Part shown: one piece after another, positions 11,563-24,265 of the stretch
Numbering within the stretch: position 1 is the stretch's first letter
Layout of the letters: each line of letters begins with the position of its first letter
Assembly: GCF_006345805.1 (NCBI RefSeq)
Contig: NC_042999.1
Location: 155,558,001 to 155,622,000 of the forward strand
Direction of reading: 5' to 3'
DNA from: Octopus sinensis
Lineage: Eukaryota
DNA: 64,000 nt
Notes under the pieces: generated by a model
Told to the model about the DNA's origin: nothing
Database searches by the model: none
The model's input: only the letters and a program-made list of their open reading frames with translations
Made by a program: the position numbers and the translations under genes

Positions 11563-12090
11563 GCTTGACCAAAGAGGAAAGTGTCTTTCTTCAGCCCTTT
11601 CAGTCTGGTCCACCGCACAACCTCTTTTGCTAAGGCTATCAGGTAAAGAAAAACAGCCTGCCTTTCCCGGCCAAAGGAAGGTGGCAGGACTATCTTCTTA
11701 ATGGACTGATTTGGTAGCTAGATTTGTCCCACACATGACAATAGGTGTTCGACATAAATTCCCAAGTCAGAAATACTTAGGCACTGGATAAGAGCATGCA
11801 GAATGGTTTTGTCAATCTGCACGCATCTCAGACAAGCCTGGCAGACTGCCCCATGGTAGCACTGCCAGGCCAAGGATTTCTAGAAATTATCCATAGGCCC
11901 TGGCCTGAAAGTTATCTGGAACAAACCAGCCAACTCATTCTCATCGACACCCAGAGTCTCCCTGAGAATGTTGTCGCACTTACCCACCACTAACCCCCTA
12001 TAGAATGCCTGAATAGAACTTCCACTGACCATATCACCCAACTGGCAGAGGTGTTTGAGTGCCTAATGACACTCTAGGTGCCAGATGCCC
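11563..12090 (-). mobile_element. Tx1/L1-clade LINE ORF2 C-terminal fragment, decayed
   Basis: Minus reading CQACLRCVQIDKTILHALIQC (CCHC-type knuckle) ... QAVFLYLIALAKEVVRWTRLKGL, with stops. Confidence 0.65.
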
Positions 12091-12730
12091 TGTTTTGGTC
12101 TATGTTTGATCAAGGATTGCATCTCAGTAAAAGATGAGCTGTAGGAAATTGTATTTGACAAATGGCAACCACATCCGCTCACCATCTAGGAAATGCTGGA
12201 GATGATGATGATGATGAAGACTCATATGTCAAAGATAATTCATGAGCATTCAGTGTTTGCTGAATGACCTGCACAAATGATTTGTTTATAGTGATCAAAT
12301 GAATGTGCCGTACATTAGCTCACTCCCTCCAACAAATTGACGTTACCTGAACAGGTGCACGTTGTACCATGTGTCAGGTGACAAAGTGATCTCAAAGCAA
12401 CGTTAGTGTTTTGCTCAAGAACACAACACACCAAATGGTCTAGGAATTGAAATCACAATCTCATGATCGTGAGTATAGCACCCTAACCACTAGGCCATGT
12501 GGCCTCACGATAATAATAATAATAATAATAATAATTTTGGCATAAGACCAACAATTTTGAGTAAGGGGATGTGTTGATTACATCGACCCCAGTGTTCAAA
12601 TGATACTTATTTTATCAGTCCCTAAAGGATGAAAAACAAAGTCGACTCTGGTGGAATTTGAACTCAACATAAAGACCAAAGAAATGCTACTAAACATTTC
12701 ACCTTGTGTGTCTACGCAGCTCACCACCTT

Positions 12731-12747
12731 AATAATAATAATAATAA

Positions 12748-12827
<80 letters not shown>

Positions 12828-12833
12828 TAATAA
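12731..12833. repeat. (AAT)n microsatellite
   Basis: Direct reading; explains the poly-Leu ORF. Confidence 0.95.
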
Positions 12834-13304
12834 CAGCTACAACAACAGTAAAAGTGAAAACATCTTCCACTTGAGAAGTTTCAGCAGAGCTCCCTATATT
12901 TCTAACAGCATGTTCAGAAGGTTTAAATATCCGAACTTCCTGTCCCCTCACCATACCCCTTTATAACCCCATCCCATTAAATAGCTCTCAGATTTCATGC
13001 TTGTGAGAAATCATAACTGGAAGTATATAGTTTGAGAGAGAAAAAAGTGGGGTAAGAAATGAGAGCCCACAAGAAAAGCAGAGATTTAATAAACAGTCGA
13101 CCCAAGCCTCTTCTTAAATGGCTTTCTCTTAATTTCCTATTATTTAATAGATTTTGAAACATAAGTCTATAATAATTTTTTGGTTCAGTTATTTTATTTT
13201 AGAGAGGACAAGAAAATCTATTTCTTATTCATTTACTTTGTAGCTATAATAATTAAAATTAAGCTTTAGAACAGTGTTATGTTTCTTACTTTGTAAGATG
13301 GCCC

Positions 13305-13520
13305 GCAGGCAGAATCGTTAGCATGTCAGGCGAAATGCTTAGCAACATTTCGTCCCTATTTATGTTATGAGTTCAAATTCTGCTGAAGTCAACTTTGCCT
13401 TCCATCCTGCCATGGTTGATGAAATAATTACCAATTAAGCTCAGGGGTCAATATTCAATATAATTGAATTAACCCTCTTCCAAAATAGTTCAAGCCTTGT
13501 GACTATAATAGAAAGCATTA
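13305..13520 (+). mobile_element. tRNA-derived SINE, family C (GTCGACTTTGCCTTTCATCC central domain)
   Basis: GGCAGAATCGTTAGCA..GAGTTCAAATTC; related copies at 16395, 19750, 19940, 24290, 35600, 36330, 37140 and 37340. Confidence 0.75.
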
Positions 13521-14444
13521 TTTCTTATATTGTAGTTAATAAAAGAAATATAGCTTCGACAATATGAGTGGTTGCTGAAAGTTCCTGGCTTTGGGCAAAA
13601 GAAAATACAGGAAGATCAGTTAATTATGATTTTATTCAACATATATCCCCACTAAGATTCACAAACTTATTGCAACAGTCCATTAGTTTTTATAAGCCCT
13701 GTAAAAGAACTCAGAAGGTTGGGCCTTCAACCAGGCCTCTATAGCAGCAATCACTTCCGAATTGGAGTGAAATTTCATTCCCTTGAGATGTTTCTTCAGT
13801 TGTAGAAAGAGGTAAAAGCCGGAGGGAGCCAAGTCTGGAGAATTAGGTGGGTGAGCTACCAATTCAAAGCCAAAGTTGCATATTTTCTGTTTAGTTTCAT
13901 ATGTTGTGAGTGCTGGTGAGCTGTCCTGCAAATATAGAACACCATGGCTGAGCTTTCCACAAGGTTTCTGCTTCAAAGCTTTATGCTGTTCATCCAAAAG
14001 AAGCATAGTATTCTGCATTGATGGTGCGACCCTTTTATGAGTATTCCGTATTTGTCCCAAAACACTTAAGTTAGAATCTTTCCAGCTGACTTTGGGGTCT
14101 GAAACTTCTTAGGATGCAGTGAACTGCTGTGGCACTACTCCATTGATTGCTACTTGGTCTGGGGATCATAATGATGAAGCTAAGTTTCATCCAGGGTTAC
14201 TAAACGAGCCATAAAATCAGCTTTTCCCTGCTGCAACCAGTCCAAAATTGCCTTTGATGTCACTCTGATGCACTTCTGATCTGTGTTCAGACATTTCGGC
14301 ACCCATTTTGCAAAAAGCTTTCCCATGTCCAGAATATTGTGGATTATGTGGCTAACTCCTTTGCAGGAAATCCTCAGAGTCTCAGACCTGAGCTGAAATC
14401 CTGTGGTCCTCAAGAATCATGATAAATTTTGTGTTAGTCAACAT

Positions 14445-14812
14445 TCTTTACTCTTTTACTCTTTTACTTGTTTCAGTCATTTGACTGTGGCCATGCTGGA
14501 GCACCGCCTTTAGTCGAGCAAATCGACCCCAGAACTTATTCTTTGTAAGCCTAGTACTTATTCTATCGGTCACTTTTGCCGAACCACTAAGTTATGCGGA
14601 CGTAAACACACCAGCATCGGTTGTCAAGTGATGTTGGTGGGGGACAAACACAACCACATAAACACACAAACACATACATATATAGATATCCATATATACA
14701 ACAAACTTTTTTCAGTTTCCGTCTACCAAATCCACTCACAAGGCTTTGGTCGGCCCGAGGCTATAGTAGAAGACACTTGCCCAAGGTGCCACTGTGTGGC
14801 ACCTTGGGCAGG
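14445..14812 (-). mobile_element. SINE family B nested in the mariner
   Basis: Antisense match to 11155-11562; splits the transposase between the helix-turn-helix and catalytic regions. Confidence 0.85.
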
Positions 14813-15121
14813 TATTGATTAAGTGTTGGCATTGTTCTCTGTGGTCACGGAAGTTGACCATCCTGACTGGGGTTCAACCATGATCTTGAAATGACCAGTC
14901 TGAAACCTTGACACCCAGATTTTCACTGTGGAGTAAGATGGGCAGCCATCCTTCAAGACTTCCTTCATCTTGCCATGGATTTCTGCAGCTCCTTTGCCTT
15001 GCAAAAAGAGGAACTTCATGACTGCTCATACTTCAGTTTTACCAAATCCACTGTAGGAGCTGCCATCATGCATTAAATCTGAAAAAAAGAGAAAGATATA
15101 TTGTATACCATCATAATTTTT

Positions 15122-15422
15122 TGCAGGATTGGCTGTGTGGTAAGTAGCTTGCTTACCAACCACATGGTTCCAGGTTCAGTCCCACTGTGTGGCACCTTGG
15201 GCAAGTGTCTTTTACTATAGCCTTGGGCCGACCAAAGCCTTATGAGTGGATTTGGTAGACGGAAACTGAAAGAAGCCTGTTGTATATATGTATATATGTG
15301 TATGTGTGTGCATATGTTTGTGTGTCTGTATTTGTCCCCCCAACATCGCTTGACAACCGATGCTGGTGTGTCTGCGTCCCCGTAACTTATCTGTTCAGCA
15401 AAAGAGACCGATAGAATAAGTA
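15122..15422 (+). mobile_element. SINE family B, 3'-truncated, nested near the mariner 5' end
   Basis: Head and body match 11155. Confidence 0.85.
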
Positions 15423-16394
15423 CCCTTTCATGATATCCTTAAAACCATGTACTTTATGGTGCCCCCTCGTAACATGTATGCATTTTGATCTGAGATGGGC
15501 CTCATCAGAGTTATGTCGAACAACAACATTTTTGAAAAACTAGTTTATCAAATCAGTAAAATTACTGAAGAAGTGAATAAAACCACAAGAACTAAGATGA
15601 GGAGCAAAAACTGTTGACCAACTATGACCACCATCCAAGAACAGGACCAGTCTCTCACCTGCTGACAGGTTTCTAAAGAATTTCTGTAAATTTCACTCAA
15701 GTAGATTACTGGCAACTATGGCTGAAGACACTCATGGTGAGATTGAACCTGAAACCATATGGTTTCAAAGTGAACCCTAATGACACAGCCATGCCTGCAC
15801 CTATGGATGGTATTTCTAGCGAATTGATCAATCACATAGAGCTGTCCTCGTTGGCTCGACCTCGTTGCGTGTGTTTCCCTGTTTGAGTTTAATTACACAC
15901 ACAGAGATAAATAAATGTTTAATGTTTGGAGAGAATATGAGCTTCCACAGGGTGTGTATGTGTGTGTACATGTACAGAGAGAGGGGGAGGGAGGGGAGAG
16001 GGGGGCGAGAGGGAGGAAGAGAGAGAGAGAGAGTTTCAGACTGATAACTTGAACAACACCATGTCTGGTTATCTTGTTCTAAATACTGAAAGAAGTTGCC
16101 ACACCTGACGACCAGCCATAGTCACGCGCGATAAGGAGGAAGAGAAAGAAAGACGGTAAGGAGGAACTAGAGAAAGTATATATTGTTAGAGTGTGGAGTG
16201 ATGTTGGTGGCATTGGCGGCAAGGCCAATAGCGAAGGTGTCAGCTTTCTCTGCTGAAGGATGGTTTGTTTATAGAGAGAATTAGTCTGAAGTTAATGGTT
16301 CAAGATAAAAAATGCTATGTACTCTAATTTTAGAAATAATGAATTGTAACCACAGCAAATTTCATTTCATGGTGAAGGAACGTGGTTTCATGGT

Positions 16395-16630
16395 TAAAGG
16401 TGGCAAGCTGGCAGAATCGTTAGCATGCTGGGCGAAATGCTTAGCGGTATTTCGTCTGCCGTTACCGTCTGAGTTCAAATTCCGCCGAGGTCGACTTTGC
16501 CTTTCATCCTTTCAGGGTCGATAAATTAAGTACCAGTTACGCACTGGGGTCGATATAATCGACTTAATCCATCTGTCTGTCCGTTTTTGGCTCCTCTGTG
16601 TTTATCCCCTAGTGGGTAGTAAAGAAATAG
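16395..16630 (+). mobile_element. SINE family C, well preserved
   Basis: GGTGGCAAGCTGGCAGAATCGTTAGC..GAGTTCAAATTCCGCCGAGGTCGACTTTGCC. Confidence 0.8.
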
Positions 16631-17516
16631 ATTAATGTGCTGGGCTCATGATCATAAAATTATGTGTTCAATCCCTGGACCAGGTAGTGATTCTGTACCT
16701 CCTTGTGTCCTTGCAGAAGACTCTTTCATGTTGCTCACGTTACTCAGATGAACTGAGCAATGGTTGAGTGTTGGTGCAGGCCTCTCTCCACTTCAGCCAT
16801 CACACTGTGGTTATTCTATTGGGTCAAAGGTGAGAGGGCTGAAGAAGTCTATGTCTGTTCCCAAAACATTGGTACCTGTGAAAGCACACGCTTCCAAGTC
16901 ATCCTTGATCCTGACTGATGGCTGAAATTAATTCTCCAAATTAGTTGTTACCTCCTCAATGGCCGATCTCTGCAACTTTCTGATCACCTAAAAACACCAC
17001 CATCTTCTACTCATTCAACTATATCTATTCCATCTATTTCTATCATTCCATCCGTATCTCTCATTCCATCACATACTCTGATCACCATCCAGAGGAAGCA
17101 CACTCTTTCTTGCTCTCCCTCTCATCTCTCCCTCTTCCTCTTTCCCCCTCTTTCAGTTGCTGAACAAGCCATGCTTAGTCGGGACCTAAACATGATCTCT
17201 CTTCGTGGGAATCTCGCTGAGTTAAAAATAGATATTTCCAGAATGGTGCAAAAATGGATAATTATGAAAGAATTAGAATAACTTCACTGTTAGTAGCTTT
17301 TCAAAGTTTCTTTGCAATTAGTGTATGAGGCATCTTTATATAATAATAACCGATATAAATGCTGGTTGGTTGGTTGAATTCTCCAGTCATGCTTTATACC
17401 GTATACAGTAATCACTCACTATATCATGGTTCACTTATTGCGCACTCAGTATACTGTGGATTTTTCTGGCTAATATATACTCTTTTTTTCTTTTACTTTT
17501 TTACATATACATATAC

Positions 17517-17618
<102 letters not shown>

Positions 17619-17639
17619 CACATATACATATACATATAC

Positions 17640-17672
<33 letters not shown>

Positions 17673-17684
17673 CGTGTAAATATA

Positions 17685-17811
17685 CCGGGTGTCCACAAAG
17701 TCTTGGTGCATGGGGATTAACACATACTTTAAGAAATTATTATTTCTTATATTTAATTCTTTATGTTACGATTTTATTTACTCCATGTACCCAGACTTTG
17801 TGGACACCCTG
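17685..17811. mobile_element. Tc1/mariner-type MITE, 127 bp
   Basis: TIRs CCGGGTGTCCACAAAGTCTTGGTGCATGG and CCATGTACCCAGACTTTGTGGACACCCTG, TA on both sides. Confidence 0.85.
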
Positions 17812-17829
17812 TATATTTACATACACACA

Positions 17830-18140
17830 TATACAGCGTATAAGAGGGGTTATAGTTTTTGTTGTTACCTGGACAACAGCTGCCTTCAGTGAAGCTATAG
17901 TATTGTGAAGATGTTGATTAGTCTCCCTTCCAACAATGTCACTCCAATCGACCAAGGTTCATGATTTAAATCTGGCAAGTTTGGAGGCCTCAAGTTTGAT
18001 GTTACATGATTGTAAAGATTAGCAGCTCTTCACTCTTGGTGGAAGAAATCAATGATCAAAGGCATTCCAACCATGACTATCCTTTCTCTTACACTACTGA
18101 TCAACATGCTGGTTCCCCATGTACTTTTAACAGTTATTTT
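17830..18140 (-). mobile_element. decayed Tc1/mariner transposase C-terminal fragment
   Basis: Minus reading PPNLPDLN..WSDIVGRETNQHLHNTIASLKAAV resembles the WPPNSPDLNP region. Confidence 0.55.
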
Positions 18141-19174
18141 GTTAGCCCAGGTATTTCAAAGAAAGAACCCCCCACCCAACCACCAAGTATATGGGATGTG
18201 TAAGGGGTGTTTTTTTTTAAGGGTCCCATAGTAAAAGCACATCATCCTTCAACGAACGCTGTAAGTCATTTCAAAAAGAGTACAAAACAAACAATAATAG
18301 CCATGACCCCTTAAAGAAGACTTTACCTCTTGACTGTCTCTTCCTTAAATAATAGAAACACTAGAGTGTTTGTGTGTGTGTGTTCATTTGTGTATATGTA
18401 GTTTTGAGTGTGTTGTATGTATGTATGTGTGTGTATATGTGTGTGTTATATGTCTGTTAGTGTCTATATGTTTGTAGTTCTTGTTGGTTGTGTGTGTGTG
18501 TGTATGAGTGCGTGTGTGTGTGTGTATGTGTGTGTGTATGAGTGCGTGTGTGTGTATCCATTTGTGTATATGTAGTTTTGTGAGTGTGTGTCATGTACGT
18601 ATGTGTGTGTATATATGTATGTATTATGTGAATGTTATTGTCTATGTATGTTTGTAGTTCTTTCAGTTATATGTGTGTGTGTGTGTGTGTGTGTGTATGT
18701 AGATGTCTATGTGTCTGTTTGTTCAATGTAGTTTTGTGTGTATGTGTGCATATATGTATGTGTATGTATGTATAAATGTGTGAGTTATGTGTCTGTTAGT
18801 GTGTCTGTGTATATTTGTTTTTCTCGTTTGTTGTGTGTGTGTGTGTGTGTGCTTCTCACCCACCTTCACACTTCACTGAACTTTACCTGGAGATGAAACA
18901 CTTACCTGTGTTTTTCCAGGTGATTTAAAATCATTTAAATCTCTCCACCATGATATAGCAGTTAAATATACAGTATTGCTATTGTTGTTGTTGCTCCTAT
19001 CACTTCTATCACTGTCAGTATTATTATCAGAATCTTTGGTGTGTCAGATAAAATGCTTAGTGTCATTTTCTTCCGGCTCTCTATGTTCTGGGTTCAAATC
19101 CCGTCGAGATCAACTTTGCCCTTCATTCTTTTGGGATAGATAAAATAACTGCCAGTCAGAAACTGGAGTTGATT

Positions 19175-19416
19175 ATTTACAATGGATAGGTGTCCTCATC
19201 TTGTTTGTTGTTATCACAACATTTCGGCTGATGTATTCTCCAGCCTTCATCAGGTGTTCTGGTGGCATATCAAACCCAACCCTTTATTTAACTAATGGGA
19301 TACACTGTTCTCATTCCTAAGGTGCTGATGTTATTTTTCTGTTGATATTATTTTTCAAGTCCCTGCCTGCGATTGAACTTAGAATCTGAGGGTTAGTAGC
19401 CTGTGCTCTTATCCAG
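19175..19416 (-). mobile_element. tRNA-headed SINE-like element carrying a hammerhead ribozyme motif (motif at about 19213-19259)
   Basis: Minus strand: TGGATAAGAGCACAGGCTACTAACCC..AAGTTCAATC head, then AACAC-CTGATGA-A-GGCTG-GAGAATACAT-CAGCC-GAAA-TGTT-GTGAT and the tail shared with 10404-10521. Confidence 0.7.
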
Positions 19417-19478
19417 TAATAAGAAAAGATAAAATACTGGGTTTATAAGCCCTAAAATTCACTCTACAATTGTCCACT

Positions 19479-19640
19479 GGCATATAGCATAGTGGATAAG
19501 AATGTGGTCAAATAAAGGGCTGAGTTCAAAATCCCACCAGAACACCTGAGAATACATCAGCCAAAACGTTGTGATAACAACAAACAAGATGAGGATACCT
19601 GCCCACCCATTGTAAATAATGTACCTAATTCCTCATCCCC
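19479..19640 (+). mobile_element. further, internally deleted copy of the hammerhead SINE (core damaged)
   Basis: GGCATATAGCATAGTGGATAAG head; CACCAGAACACCTGA--GAATACATCAGCCAAAACGTTG; same ACAAACAAGATGAGGA tail. Confidence 0.65.
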
Positions 19641-20779
19641 CAAAATATAGTGGAGTCAATGATATTGACTCCAGAGAGTCATTGACTTTCTCTCTCTTCC
19701 TAAAATTGCTGGTCTTATGTCAAGATTTGAAACCATCATTATTATTATTAAGGTGCCGAGCCGGCAGAAACATTAGCACGCCGGGTGAAATGCTTAGCAA
19801 TATTTCGTCTGTCTTTACATTCTGAGTTCAAATTCTACCGAGGTCGACTTTGCCTTTCATCTTTTCAGGGTCGATAAATTAAGTACCAGTTGCATACTAG
19901 AGTTGATCTTATGCCTAGAGTAGAAAAGAGTATTGTTTGCATATCAGATAAAATGTTAGGCAATATTTCTTCTGACTCGTTGCATTTTGAGTTCAAATTC
20001 TGCTGAGGTTGACTTTGTTTTTCATCCTTTCAGGGTCAATAAAATGAATACCATTTGAAAACTGGAATTGCTGCAATCAGCTTCCTCCTCCTCAAAACTC
20101 CTTGTCTTGTACCAAAATTAGAAAGAATTATTGTTGTAATTAACAATGCTTTTTTTTCTTTTACCAATCTCAGTTTTATTTTTTTTGTTGGTACTCTTAG
20201 TAATGTCTTTTGAGCAGACCAGTGGTCAATAGCCTTCAAGGATGAAATCCAAATATGTATCCCATTGATTTATAGTCGATAATCTTAACTGTGGAAGGAT
20301 ATAATGGAAGATGTAAATAATTCCATTGTGGACTACTTCCATTTTTTAAATACTTTCATTAAGCAAGTGTGGATCAGGGGGTGGGGCTGAGGGGTACGTG
20401 CCCTGCCTCAAGAAAAGAAGTGCACCCTTCTAAATAATGTTATTATGCCCTTTTCTTCTGAAATTGTATTTCCTTCTGACCTTGTGTCCTCCCTTCAAAA
20501 AATTCCTGGGATCACACCTGTTAATAACTGATGAAGTAAAATATCTTCAGATATATTAGATGCACACAATTTCAGTGGCATATGTCCAGGAATAGAAATT
20601 TTTGGTACATTAAACCATGTATTATAGGTCCAATTTTGAATAGTTTCCATGGTGAATTTTTAACCCTCTCTCCACATTTAAAAAAAAAAAAAAAGGTGCA
20701 TTGTGTATGCCGTCAAATATGGTAAATTACAAAAATAATCAATTGAATATTGTTGTTGTTTGGTGTTAACAAGCAAACA

Positions 20780-21536
20780 ATATTGATTCACCTAGTTCAA
20801 ATCGGTAAAATGATAAAGTTGGGTAAGTGGGTTACACATGAATTCAATGAAAATCAGAAACAGCAACGTTTGGAAGCCTGCATTATGCTACTTTCTTGTC
20901 ACAAGAATGAATCATTTTTGAATTGAATTATAGCATGTGACGAGAAATGGATCCAATGCAACAACCATAAGTATTCAACACAATGGTTGGACAAAGACGA
21001 GCCACAAAAACACAGTTCAAAAAGCAAAATTCATCAAAAGAAGCTGATGGTGTGTATTTGGTGGTCTGGCACAGGTGTGATCCATTATGATTTCATGGAC
21101 CAAATGATGCAGAAACTTACAAAAAACGGCCTAGATTAGTCAACAGATCCACTCCTATTTTATTGCAAGACTACACACGACCACAGATCGCAAAAATGAC
21201 ATTGGCGAAACTACAGGAGTTGGGAGTTGGAAGTTTTCCATCATCCACCATACTCACCTGAACTTGCCCCCACTGACTACCACTTCTTCCAGAATTTGGA
21301 TAACTTTTTTGATAGGAAAAAAATTTAATTCCAACACTGTAAAGCAGGCCTTCTAAGATTTTATTGACTCTAGATTGCCAGGCTTTTACAATTCCAGGCT
21401 GGACAAGCTACTGCTGAAATGGCAAAAGTGTATTGACAATATGGGTGCATACTTTGATGAATAAAACTATTCCTTGTATTGATAAAACATGAGCAAACTT
21501 TTTTCTTTTCTAAAAGTTTCATACTTGACGACCTAA
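20780..21536 (+). mobile_element. decayed mariner, 3' two-thirds
   Basis: KWVTHEF, CDEKWI, KLMVCIWW, HPPYSPELAPTDYHFF; terminal ..ATACTTGACGACCTAA|TA. Confidence 0.85.
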
Positions 21537-21617
21537 TATCTCCATCATCAGAGCTGACTTGAATTTCTACAACACATTAACAACAGCAGCTAGCATTCCT
21601 TTGGTTACAATGGTATG

Positions 21618-21940
21618 TGTTCCAGTTGACCCAATCAACAGAATAGCCGGGTCATGAAATTCACATGCAAGTGGCTGAATAATCCACAGGTACACGTACC
21701 CTTAATGCAGTTCACAGGGAGATTCAGTGTGACACAGACTAGCCCTTTGATAAGGCTGGCCCTTTGAATTACAGGTATGACTCCTTTGAAATTCAGGTAC
21801 AACTCATTTTTGCCAGCTGGGTGGACTGGAGCAACGTGAAATAAAATGTCTTGCCCAAGGACACAATGTGCTGCTGGAAATCGAACTCAAAACCTAACGA
21901 TTGTGAGTCAAATACTCTATCCACTAAGCCACACACCTTC
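21618..21940 (-). mobile_element. tRNA-derived SINE, family E-related
   Basis: Minus head GGTGTGTGGCTTAGTGGATAG..GAGTTCGATTTCC; body CACATTGTGTCCTTGGGCAAGACATTTTATTTCACGTTGCTCCAG. Confidence 0.7.
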
Positions 21941-22103
21941 GGCAAGCAACAGCTATATGATCCATCAAACAATCAGATGGAAATTGGTGTGTAAAGATTG
22001 AGTGTGTGTGTACGTTATAACACCTTTTAAAACGCACTGTCTAAATATTTACTAACTTTACACTCACATTGATGTATCCTTTTTGCCTTTATGACGTGTG
22101 TGT

Positions 22104-22189
<86 letters not shown>

Positions 22190-22621
22190 TATACACATGT
22201 ATTCTTTTTCTGCACCTGTTTTGTAAATGGATATAATCAACCTCTCTGTTCTTATTTCACCTTCTTTAGTGCTTTCACTGTCAAACATTTGTTTCTTTTT
22301 TTTCTTTCTGTTCTCCGAGGCAAGTTTCTCTTTACAAAAACCCACAATCAAACAGAGCCGTGTGGTTTGGATTACAAATAATTCCAGGCCTATCATTAGC
22401 GGTAATTCAATCGCAAACAACAAAACTTCTTTCAACTGAAAGTTGTTGGAGCAGAATATTTGCGGCATGTGTGTACATGTATCTATGTGTATGTGTGTGT
22501 GTTTACACGCACGTGCGTGTGTGAGTACATATGTGCATGTGTATGTATATGTATGCTGTACTGCAGAAGACCCATCAACCCATGGCAAAATACACCATGA
22601 TCATATATATATATACGTATG

Positions 22622-22655
<34 letters not shown>

Positions 22656-23129
22656 TGTATGTATGTATATATGTGTGTATGTACATATATAGATATGCAT
22701 GCACACACACACACATATATTTGTTCCCTGTCAGGCTCTACTTACATCCTCCCCCTCTCACCTCGGGCTCTGCTCTGTACATCACTCGACCAACTCCCAT
22801 CTTATTTATTCTAACTCTCCTTCTTTATAACAGACCACCACTCTCCTCTAAGTAACCTCTGTTGCCACCCAACACCAGCCCTTATCTTTACCTCACTGCC
22901 TGCCCTTACACCTCTTGGGTACCCTCTAACCTTTCTTTCCTTCACTGCATTCAATTACGGCTCCTCTTATCCTTCTCTTCTCTTCCCTTAATTATGAATG
23001 TCCCTTTAGAGCCATAACCTTGCAAGTTCCTGGTACCTAACACATTCTGTGTATGTGCATGTATATATATTTATATATATGTATATATATGTGCATGTGT
23101 GCATGTGTATATTTATATATATACATATA

Positions 23130-23292
23130 GGTGCAGGTGTGGCTGTGTGGTAATTAGCTTGCTTGCCAACCACATGGTTCCAGGTTCAGTCCCACTGCAT
23201 GGCACCTTGGGCAAGTGGCCTCTACTATAGCCTCGGGCTGACCAAAGCCTTGTGAGTGGATTTGGTAGGTGGAAACTGAAAAAATCCTGTCA

Positions 23293-23328
<36 letters not shown>

Positions 23329-24265
23329 TGTATGTATGTATGTATGTATGTATGCATGTATGTATGTATGTATGCATGTATGTATGCATGTATGTATGTA
23401 TGTATGTATGTATGATGTAGATGTATGTATGTATGTATGTATGTATGTATGTATGTATGTATGTATTTATGTATGTATGCATGTATGTATGGCATGTATG
23501 TATGTATGTATGTATGTATGTATGTATGTATGATGTATGCTGTATGTATGTATGTATGTATGTATGTATGTATGCATGCATGTATGTATGTATGTATGTA
23601 TGTATGTATGATGTATTTATGTATGTATGCATGTATGTATGCATGTATGTATGTATGTATGTATGTATTTATGTATTATATGTATGCATGTATGTATGCA
23701 TGTATGTATGTATGTATGCATGTATGTATGCATGTATGTATGTATGTATGTATGTATGTATGTATGATGTATGTAATTGTATGTATGTATGTATGTATGT
23801 ATGTATGTATTGGTATGTAGTATGCATGTATGTTGCATGTATGTATGTATGTATGTATGTATGATGTATGTATGTATGTATGTATGTATGCATGTATGTA
23901 TGCATGTATGTATGCATGTATGTATGTATGTATGTATGTATGTATGTATGTATGTATGTATGTATGTATGTATGTATGTATGTATGCATGTATGTATGCA
24001 TGTATGTATGTATGTATGTATGTATGTATGTATGTATGTATGCATGTATGTATGTATGTATGTGTTTGTGTGTCTTTGTATGCCCAACAATGCTTGACAA
24101 CTGATGTTGGTGTGTTTGTATCCCCGTAACTTAGCAGTTCAGCACAAGGTACCGATAGAATAAGTACTAAGCTTACAAAGAATAAGTCCTGGCGATTTGC
24201 TTGACTAAAGGTCGGTGCTCCAGCATGGCCACAGTCAAATGACTGAAACAAATAAAAGAATAACA
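23130..24265 (+). mobile_element. SINE family B with an internal ~760-bp (TATG)n expansion (23299-24062)
   Basis: Intact SINE head before and SINE 3' half after the tetranucleotide array. Confidence 0.9.

Larger units (their letters stand above)
13565..15469 (-). mobile_element. decayed mariner transposon interrupted by two SINEs
   Basis: N-terminal MKFLFLQGK..STVKIW..GWSTS, KWVPKCL, TLDET, HPPNSPDLAPSGFYLF; TA-flanked TACGAGG/TATGAGT-type ends. Confidence 0.85.

Noticed and set aside
15540-15660. Minus frame GERLVLFLDGGHSWST resembling an Asp-box
   Set aside because: Lacks the conserved Ser, acceptor is mediocre, no good donor, and the frame stops soon after
16850-16990. Minus-strand acceptor/donor pair (tttttag|GTGATC..CAG|gtacc)
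   Set aside because: Stops in all three frames; at most a UTR or short terminal exon, unsupported
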